Assembly (NCBI GenBank): GCA_964645315.1
Contig: CAZYBH010000004.1
Span: 853-64,852, forward strand
Direction of reading: 5' to 3'
Origin: an uncultured Candidatus Saccharibacteria bacterium
Lineage (GTDB): Bacteria; Patescibacteriota; Minisyncoccia; Phycocordibacterales; PALSA-1337
DNA: 64,000 bases
The notes under the pieces were generated by a model. The model made no database searches. It was not told the origin of the DNA and was given only the letters and a program-made list of their open reading frames with translations. Positions 56,777 through 64,000 of the stretch are shown in pieces (positions within the stretch are counted from its first letter, which is position 1; the number at the start of each line of letters is the position of its first letter). The position numbers were made by a program, and so were the translations under genes.

Positions 56777-58525
56777 ATGTACGTTGAAGATACTCAACTC
56801 TATAAATTTATTTTGGACTCTGGCTTAGTAAGCAAGGAGGATCTTGAGGTCGCAAAAAAAGAAAGCGAATCATCAAAGAAGCATTTGGGGGATGTTTTGG
56901 TAAGTTCCGGCAAGATAAATGCAGACAATCTCCGCAGAATGCAGGCATATAGCCTCGGCATTCCATTCGTCGACCTCAAAGGCAAGAAACTCCCTTTCGA
57001 GACCTTGACCCTTATCCCTGAGCCTATTGCAAGAGCGCACAATATCGTAGCTTTCAAAAAGACCGATGTTGCTCTTGAAGTAGCAATGCTTGATGTAAAT
57101 GACTTGTCTGCTATCGATTTTATTAAGAAAAAAGTCAATCTCAAGATTTTGCCTAGACTTACTGATTCTGATTCAATCAAGGAGGTTTTGGTCCAATACC
57201 AAAAAAGCTTGAAGGCAGAATTTGGCGATTTGATCCAAAAAGAGACCGCTTCTCTAAAGATGATATCAGAAGAGAAGGGTGATGCGGTTACAGAAGCCGA
57301 CCTCAAAAAGATCGCCGAAGACTTACCTGTGGTCCGTATAGTCGACACACTTATCAAGCATGCAATATTGCAAAATGCTTCAGATATTCATATTGAGCCG
57401 ATGGAAGAACAGGTCTTGGTCCGATATCGTATAGATGGACTTCTACATGATGCCATGGTTTTGCCGAAGAAGGCCGGTCCATCGGTCTCTGCTCGTATCA
57501 AGGTCTTGGCAAATCTAAAACTCGACGAAAAAAGACTTCCTCAAGACGGTCGTTTCAAAGTTGATATGAATAGTGAGAAGGTCTCTTTCCGTGTCTCTAT
57601 TCTACCTACTTACTATGGAGAAAAGATCGTCATGCGTCTACTTCGCGAAAGTATATCTGGTTTTACATTGGAATATCTCAATTTCCACGGCCAAGGTCTC
57701 GAAGATATTCACAAAGTTTTGAAGAAGACGACTGGCATGATCCTCATGACTGGACCTACAGGATCAGGTAAGACTACTACTTTGTATACCATGCTTGATA
57801 TTTTGAATACTCCAGACGTAAATATTTCTACAATCGAAGACCCTATCGAATATCAAATGGCTAGGATCAATCAGACTCAAGTCAAACCAGAAATAGGTTT
57901 TTCATTCCCACAAGGTATTAGGACACTAGTTCGTCAGGACCCAGACGTGATCATGGTGGGAGAAATACGCGACAATGAAACCGCAGCTTTGGCCGTAAAT
58001 GCAGCCTTGACTGGTCACTTAGTGCTTTCTACATTGCACACAAACTCTGCCGCTGGTGCTATGCCAAGATTGCTAGATATGAAAGTAGAGCCATTCTTGC
58101 TGGTCTCGACCCTTGATGTTGTTATTGGTCAAAGATTGGTCAGACGTCTAAATGATTTGAAACAACAATACAAACTTACAAAAGACGAATTGGCTCAATT
58201 GGATAAGATTGTCGATCTAAAAAGAATACTAAATTTCTTGAGAGAAGAGAAAATAGTCAAATCGAGCGACGATTGGGATAGTATTAAGTTTTGGAAGGCA
58301 GTACCAGGACCAGATGATGATGGTTTCAAGAGTCGTGTCGGTATACATGAAGTACTTACGATGACTCCTGCCATCAAAAACCTGATTATGAAAAATGCCA
58401 CTGCTCAAGAAATAGAAGATCAAGCAAAAAAAGACGGCATGCTTACTATGCTAGAAGACGGAATATTCAAATGCGTTCAAGGTTTGACCACAATAGAAGA
58501 AGTCCTAAGAGTTATTACTGATTAA
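56777..58525 (+). CDS. pilB: Second PilB/GspE ATPase with MshEN-like N-terminus and no Zn cysteines
   Basis: HLGDVLVSSG, ASDIHIEP, RLPQDGRF, GPTGSGKTTT, TGHLVLSTLHTN. Confidence 0.93.
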   Translation: MYVEDTQLYKFILDSGLVSKEDLEVAKKESESSKKHLGDVLVSSGKINADNLRRMQAYSLGIPFVDLKGKKLPFETLTLIPEPIARAHNIVAFKKTDVALEVAMLDVNDLSAIDFIKKKVNLKILPRLTDSDSIKEVLVQYQKSLKAEFGDLIQKETASLKMISEEKGDAVTEADLKKIAEDLPVVRIVDTLIKHAILQNASDIHIEPMEEQVLVRYRIDGLLHDAMVLPKKAGPSVSARIKVLANLKLDEKRLPQDGRFKVDMNSEKVSFRVSILPTYYGEKIVMRLLRESISGFTLEYLNFHGQGLEDIHKVLKKTTGMILMTGPTGSGKTTTLYTMLDILNTPDVNISTIEDPIEYQMARINQTQVKPEIGFSFPQGIRTLVRQDPDVIMVGEIRDNETAALAVNAALTGHLVLSTLHTNSAAGAMPRLLDMKVEPFLLVSTLDVVIGQRLVRRLNDLKQQYKLTKDELAQLDKIVDLKRILNFLREEKIVKSSDDWDSIKFWKAVPGPDDDGFKSRVGIHEVLTMTPAIKNLIMKNATAQEIEDQAKKDGMLTMLEDGIFKCVQGLTTIEEVLRVITD

Positions 58526-58569
58526 TTTTTAATTTTTAAATTTTGATTTTTCATTTTTAAATTTGAAAC

Positions 58570-59787
58570 ATGTCCCACTTTATTTTTAAAGCAAGGAAAC
58601 TGTCTGGAGAAGTCTATAAGGGCGAAAGAGATGCCAATGATCATTTCGAATTGTACAAAATGATGCGTGATCAGGGTGATGAAGTCATAGAATACAAAGA
58701 GAAAAAATCTCGAAGCAAGTTGAATTTCAATATATCGATTCCTTTTTTTGGTGGTGTAAAACCCTTGGAAAAAATCAATTTTGCTAGAAATCTAGGAGCA
58801 ATGCTTGAAGCGGGTCTAGCTTTGTCTCGTGCTTTGGTAGTTATCGAAAAGCAGACCAAAAATCCAGCATTCAAAAAAGTCATTGGTAGTCTTATATCAG
58901 AAGTTGATACTGGTGTGACTTTGGCTGATGCTTTGGATAAATTTCCAAAAGTTTTCCCAAAACTCTTCGTTTCAATGGTCAAAGCTGGTGAACAAAGCGG
59001 TACTTTGGCTGAATCTTTGAAAATTGTTGCTCAGCAGATGGACAGTGCCTATGCTCTAGATAAGAGGATAAAGGGAGCAATGTTGTATCCAGCTGTTATC
59101 GTGACTGCAATGATCATAATTGCTATTTTGATGTTTATTTATGTTGTTCCTACTCTTTTGAAGACATTTACCGAGCTTCATATCAAGTTGCCAGCGACTA
59201 CCCAGTTTGTTTTGGATGTTAGCAATCTTATTAGAGATCATGGTTTGGTAGTACTTATTGTATTTATAATGGTGGCGCTTTTCCTTATTTGGTGGTCCAA
59301 GAAACCTTTGGGTAAGAGAGTTATACATTCTTTGGTATTGAAAATGCCAATTTTTGGAGCCTTGGTTCAAGAAGTCAATACGGCAAGGACGGCAAGGACG
59401 ATGTCTTCTTTGTTGGGTTCTGGTGTCGATGTGGTCGAGACGGTCAATATTACATCTGAAGTTGTTCAAAATGTTTATTTCCAAGAAGTTTTGCAAAAAG
59501 CATCTGCTTCAATCAAAAATGGAGATTTGATGTCAAAAACATTTAGCCAATATTCCAAATATTATCCAATATTTTTTATCGAGATGATGACAGTTGGAGA
59601 GGAGACAGGTAAGACTGGGGAAATGCTAATGGGAGTAGCCAAATATTATGAAGATGATGTCAATCAAAAGACAAAAGATATGTCTACGATTATCGAACCT
59701 ATACTCATCTTGATGATTGGAGGTGCGGTCGGATTCTTCGCAGTTTCTATGATCCAACCTATGTACTCACTCATGGATGCAATATAA
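58570..59787 (+). CDS. pilC: Type IV pilus platform protein PilC/GspF
   Basis: MVKAGEQSG, AMLYP, VGEETG, IEPILI. Confidence 0.94.
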   Translation: MSHFIFKARKLSGEVYKGERDANDHFELYKMMRDQGDEVIEYKEKKSRSKLNFNISIPFFGGVKPLEKINFARNLGAMLEAGLALSRALVVIEKQTKNPAFKKVIGSLISEVDTGVTLADALDKFPKVFPKLFVSMVKAGEQSGTLAESLKIVAQQMDSAYALDKRIKGAMLYPAVIVTAMIIIAILMFIYVVPTLLKTFTELHIKLPATTQFVLDVSNLIRDHGLVVLIVFIMVALFLIWWSKKPLGKRVIHSLVLKMPIFGALVQEVNTARTARTMSSLLGSGVDVVETVNITSEVVQNVYFQEVLQKASASIKNGDLMSKTFSQYSKYYPIFFIEMMTVGEETGKTGEMLMGVAKYYEDDVNQKTKDMSTIIEPILILMIGGAVGFFAVSMIQPMYSLMDAI

Positions 59788-59788
59788 A

Positions 59789-61558
59789 ATGTACAAAAAT
59801 ATAAGAAATAATAGCGGTTTTACTTTGGTAGAAGTAGTAGTCGGCTCTGCTATATTTCTCATTGTTGCCCTTGCTGTCTATAGTACTTTCGTCAGTATTA
59901 TCAATTTGGCAAGTGGAGGTCAATCTAGAAGTCTTGCGGTTGAGCTTGCTGATGAACAATTTGAAATAATTAGAAATTTACCGTATTCAAGTATCGGTCT
60001 TACAAACGGTATACCTGTAGGAGTTTTGCCACAAAATCAAACTCTGAATAGGGGAGGTGTTAGTTTCAATGTATTACTTACTATCAGAAATATAAATTTG
60101 TCTACTTCTACGGTACAGGCCAGTGATAAATTGGTAGAAGTAGAAGTTTCTTGTCCGAAGTGCAAGGATTTCGAAACTGTAACTCTAACCGGACAAGTCT
60201 CTCCAGCCAATCTCCAATCTGCTGGAAGTGGTGGTGCATTGGTTACTCAGGTTTTCGATGGTAGTGGTCAACCGGTCCAAGGTGCTACGGTTTTTTTGCA
60301 AAGTGCAGCCACTGGAACAATTACAAATACTGATGTAACAAATAATTATGGAATTTTGAATGTTATTGGAGTTGCTCAGGGAAATAATATGTACAAGATT
60401 CGAGTTTCGAAAGACGGTTATTCTACAGAAGAGACATATCCTATAGGCGGGGCAGGCAATCCAAATCCAACAAAGCCAAATGCAACGATCTTGAATCAGC
60501 AAGTTACTCAACTTAGTTTTTCTATTGATAAATTGAGTACTTTGCATGTTTCAAGCGTCTCTCCTATGTGTGTTGCAATTCCAAATATAGATTTCAACCT
60601 ATCTGGCGCAAAAATGATTGGCGCAAATCTCAAAAAATACAGTTCCAGCCTTGCTACAAATGGTTCGGGGATATTGAATTTATCAAATATGGAATGGGAT
60701 ACTTATACATTGGATCCAAATGATGGTTCTTATGATTTGGCAGGCATAAATCCAGACGGTCCATTTTCACTTAGTCCAGATACTACGCAAAATATACAAT
60801 TAGTAATGGTGCCAAAAAATGGTAATAGCTTGATGGTTTCTATAATCGATAGTACTACCAAGTTGCCGGTCTCAGGCGCATCAGTTGAGTTGACAAAGGC
60901 TGGTTATGATGTGACGAAGATTACAGGTCAGGGTTATTTGGATCAAATAGATTGGACAAATGGTCCTGGTCAAACTGATTTTATTGATAGTACAAAATAT
61001 TTTGATGAAAATGGCTTGCTCGACACTTCTACTTCATCAGGTGATGTGCTTATGAAAATGATTTTTGGTGCATATACTACAAATGCTACTGGAACATTGG
61101 AATCTTCTACCTTCGACACTGGTACATCGAGCAATTTTTACACATTTTCTTGGCTACCACTTAGTCAGCCGGCTCAAACTGGCCAAAATAGCTTGAAATT
61201 CCAATTTGCTACAAATGCAAGCTCTACAGATCCTTGGACATTTATAGGTCCAGATGGTACTACAAATTCCTACTATATGACTCCAGGTCAGCCTATCAGC
61301 GTAGCAAACAATGGCAAGCAATATGCTAGATACAAAGCATATTTGACTACCGATTCTGCAACAGCAACACCGAAGCTTTCTAGTGTAAACTTTGTCTATA
61401 CATCCGGTTGTATTCCCCCTGGTCAAGTTATTTTCCAAAACCTTAGTACGGGAAATTACACATTGAATGTTACAAAAGCTGGTTATAACAATTACTCTGT
61501 TCCTGTGACGATCAATAATGGCTGGCAAAGACTAGGTGTTTCTTTTGTAGCTCAATAA
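59789..61558 (+). CDS. Large minor pilin with carboxypeptidase-regulatory-like beta domains
   Basis: Class III signal SG|FTLVEVVV; repeated PVQGATV / PVSGASV...KAGY modules. Confidence 0.85.
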   Translation: MYKNIRNNSGFTLVEVVVGSAIFLIVALAVYSTFVSIINLASGGQSRSLAVELADEQFEIIRNLPYSSIGLTNGIPVGVLPQNQTLNRGGVSFNVLLTIRNINLSTSTVQASDKLVEVEVSCPKCKDFETVTLTGQVSPANLQSAGSGGALVTQVFDGSGQPVQGATVFLQSAATGTITNTDVTNNYGILNVIGVAQGNNMYKIRVSKDGYSTEETYPIGGAGNPNPTKPNATILNQQVTQLSFSIDKLSTLHVSSVSPMCVAIPNIDFNLSGAKMIGANLKKYSSSLATNGSGILNLSNMEWDTYTLDPNDGSYDLAGINPDGPFSLSPDTTQNIQLVMVPKNGNSLMVSIIDSTTKLPVSGASVELTKAGYDVTKITGQGYLDQIDWTNGPGQTDFIDSTKYFDENGLLDTSTSSGDVLMKMIFGAYTTNATGTLESSTFDTGTSSNFYTFSWLPLSQPAQTGQNSLKFQFATNASSTDPWTFIGPDGTTNSYYMTPGQPISVANNGKQYARYKAYLTTDSATATPKLSSVNFVYTSGCIPPGQVIFQNLSTGNYTLNVTKAGYNNYSVPVTINNGWQRLGVSFVAQ

Positions 61559-61577
61559 AAGCTATAATATAGACAGC

Positions 61578-62210
61578 ATGAGTGAAAAAAATAAACTTTT
61601 TTCTATCAAAAAAAATAGAGGTTTTACATTTGTGGAGCTTTTATTTTTCGTCGGAATTTTCGTAATGATCTATATAGCAGTCTCTGCTATGGGAGCAAAT
61701 CTCTTTATTTTTAATTCAACCACATCGGGTTCTTATCAAGCCACCCAAAATTCGCAGGTTATTTTGAGAACAATGTTGAAAGAAATAAGAGAAGCCTCTC
61801 CTGGAGCAAATGGTGCCTATCCTTTGGTTACGACAGGTAGTACGACATTATCATTCTTCACCGATGTAGATAATGATGGTGTTACTGAGCAAGTTACATA
61901 TTCATTGATCGGCACAACTCTATACCGATCGGTTATAAAGTCTACTGGTACACCGCCGGTCTATAGTGGGGCAAATCAATCCACTTCTACTCTTATAAAT
62001 AATGTTGTAAATGGCTCGGCTACTCCTTCATTTCAATATTTCGATACTTACTACACAGGCACAAGCTCTCCTTTGGTACAGCCAGTAAATCCATCTCAAG
62101 TTAAGCTAATACAGGTAAATCAAAGGATAGATATAGACCCAAATCGATCACCTCTTCCTATTATCTTTACGGTTCAGGCTAGTTTAAGAAATCTAAAATC
62201 AAATCTATGA
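61578..62210 (+). CDS. Minor pilin (PilW/GspJ-like)
   Basis: RG|FTFVEL, KEIREA, DVDNDG, terminal LRN. Confidence 0.85.
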   Translation: MSEKNKLFSIKKNRGFTFVELLFFVGIFVMIYIAVSAMGANLFIFNSTTSGSYQATQNSQVILRTMLKEIREASPGANGAYPLVTTGSTTLSFFTDVDNDGVTEQVTYSLIGTTLYRSVIKSTGTPPVYSGANQSTSTLINNVVNGSATPSFQYFDTYYTGTSSPLVQPVNPSQVKLIQVNQRIDIDPNRSPLPIIFTVQASLRNLKSNL

Positions 62211-63676
62211 TTATAAATAAACAAAAGGGCAATATTATACTTACGGTTCTAATTTTCGCAGCAATTTCTGTAACGATTTTGGTAGGCTTAGCAAATTGGG
62301 GAGTTACTATGCTTCGAAGTATAAGGACGGTATCTCAAAAAGAACAAGCATTCCAGATAGCAGAGGCTGGTGCGGATTATTATCAATGGCATTTAGCTCA
62401 ATATCCTACAGATTATAAGGATGGTACGGCCACTTCTGGACCTTATGTACACAATTTTTATGATAAAGATGGGAACCTACTTGGTACATACTCTTTGACC
62501 ATTACTCCTCCACTATCCGGTTCTACTGTGGTAAAGATTACTTCTATAGGCAAGTTGGCAAGTTCAACCATTTCAAAAAAAGTCCAAAAAACTCTGGCAA
62601 TTCCATCTTTGGCAAAATATGCCGTAGTTGCAAATGATAATCTTAGATTTGGAGAGGGTACAGAAGTCTTCGGTCCCATTCATTCAAATGGAGGAATTAG
62701 ATTTGACGGTATTACTCACAATCTAATGACTAGTGCCATGGCAACATATACTGATCCGGATACAGGATTAGTACAATGGGGTGTCTACACAACAAGCGGT
62801 CAAGATGATCCAAGGCCAAATGCTCCTGTAAATAATCGTCCAGATGTATTTATGGCAGGAAGACAGTTCCCGGTTCCAGGTAGCGATTTTGCAGGTTTGA
62901 CTTTGGGTTTGACACAGCTTAGAAATTTGGCACAGCCTGCCGCTGGAGGAAAGGAGTGGACTGCTTCAAATAAAAAGGGTTATCAAATTATTTTCAAAGT
63001 AACAAATGGTGTAACTTCATACGATATTTACAAAGTTACAGCTGTGCAATCTGCTCCAAATGGCTGTGGTTCAGATGCGACAGCACAAAGTCAGCTAAAT
63101 GGTCCAAAATATTATCAATGGGATACTTGGAGTATAAAAAGTCCGATAAATAATAATAGGACTCTCATTGGAAATTATCCAATACCAAGTAATGGTGTAA
63201 TATTTGTCGATGATCATGTCTGGGTAGAGGGTACTATCAATAATGCCAGAGTTACAGTTGCTGCTGGCCTCATAGGTAATACTGATCCTACGAAACATGC
63301 AAATATTACGATAAATGAAAACTTAAGATATACAAATTACGATGGTAGAGATTCTATTGGCCTAATTGCTCAAGGAAATGTAAATGTTGGTATGGTGAGT
63401 GCTGATAATTTGAGGATCGATGCGGCTCTTGTAGCAGAAAACGGAAGAGTTGGCAGGTTCTATTACAATAGTAGTTGTACAAACTCAGTAAGAAATACAG
63501 TCACTCTTTTTGGTATGATTGCTAGTTATGTTCGTTATGGTTTCGCTTATACAGATAATACAGGATATACAAATAGGGACATTATTTATGACAATAACTT
63601 GCTCTACGGTCCGCCACCTTCATTCCCTCAATCTACAAATCAATATGAAGTTATCAATTGGCAACAATTGGATTAG
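62207..63676 (+). CDS. PilX/GspK-like minor pilin with large C-terminal domain
   Basis: KG|NIIL without Glu5, QAFQIAEAG, GPIHSNG, terminal YD..L...PPP.FP...W. Confidence 0.8.
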   Translation: MIINKQKGNIILTVLIFAAISVTILVGLANWGVTMLRSIRTVSQKEQAFQIAEAGADYYQWHLAQYPTDYKDGTATSGPYVHNFYDKDGNLLGTYSLTITPPLSGSTVVKITSIGKLASSTISKKVQKTLAIPSLAKYAVVANDNLRFGEGTEVFGPIHSNGGIRFDGITHNLMTSAMATYTDPDTGLVQWGVYTTSGQDDPRPNAPVNNRPDVFMAGRQFPVPGSDFAGLTLGLTQLRNLAQPAAGGKEWTASNKKGYQIIFKVTNGVTSYDIYKVTAVQSAPNGCGSDATAQSQLNGPKYYQWDTWSIKSPINNNRTLIGNYPIPSNGVIFVDDHVWVEGTINNARVTVAAGLIGNTDPTKHANITINENLRYTNYDGRDSIGLIAQGNVNVGMVSADNLRIDAALVAENGRVGRFYYNSSCTNSVRNTVTLFGMIASYVRYGFAYTDNTGYTNRDIIYDNNLLYGPPPSFPQSTNQYEVINWQQLD

Positions 63677-63712
63677 TTTGTCTTTTTTGGCTTTGTTAAC
63701 TATAATTTCTCT

Positions 63713-64000
63713 ATGAATAAAAAACTTATTATAGGGAATTGGAAGATGAATCCGGAGAAAAGTGCAGAAGCAAGAGATATTGGTGAAAAAATAATTGCAG
63801 TTGGTCTAGGTCTAGAAAAAACCATAACAGTAATAGCTCCTTCTTTTTTGCATATTGGACTTTTTGATCTCAAAAAGGGTTTAGACAATGTATTCCTTGG
63901 TGCCCAATCTGTCTCTGTAGATGCAGAGGGTGCACATACTGGTGAGGTTAGTGCAAAAATGCTCAAAGATCAGAATGTAAGTTATGTGATAGTTGGTCAT
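63713..64000 (+). CDS. tpiA: Triosephosphate isomerase (5' part, truncated by window)
   Basis: Hand-translated LIIGNWKMNP, LGAQS, GAHTGEVSA, YVIVGH. Confidence 0.95.
   Translation, partial: MNKKLIIGNWKMNPEKSAEARDIGEKIIAVGLGLEKTITVIAPSFLHIGLFDLKKGLDNVFLGAQSVSVDAEGAHTGEVSAKMLKDQNVSYVIVGH

Noticed and set aside
1-64000. CRISPR array, rRNA, IS or prophage, alternative genetic code, and the many short antisense ORFs in the track
   Set aside because: No regularly spaced repeats, rRNA, transposase or phage structural genes seen; TGA terminates genes normally; the short ORFs are shadows of well-supported CDSs

Overview
AT-rich bacterial chromosome segment spanning the replication origin (dnaN-oriC-dnaA / rpmH-rnpA-yidC). 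Gene content and style (short trigger factor, T4SS-like PrgI/VirB4/VirB6/pilin cluster, two PilB ATPases, H+-PPase, mostly leaderless starts) point to a Patescibacteria (CPR, Parcubacteria-like) genome; this is inference. TGA is used as a stop codon, so code 11 applies. The window holds about 55 CDS and 4 tRNAs. No rRNA, CRISPR array or transposase was seen. The most interesting signals are non-coding. There are four orphan, highly structured RNA candidates (2387-2549 +, ~3740-3975 -, ~40730-41135 -, ~46328-46541 +), three with a clear promoter and terminator. The ~400-nt one has a DnaA box and a palindromic operator at its promoter and lies next to four parS-like sites hidden inside the cca coding sequence. 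Also present are large dispersed palindromes, a tRNA-linked HTH-LAGLIDADG-like ORF, and several self-contained ORFan mini-genes missed by the ORF track. All folds were derived by hand and no database searches were run.
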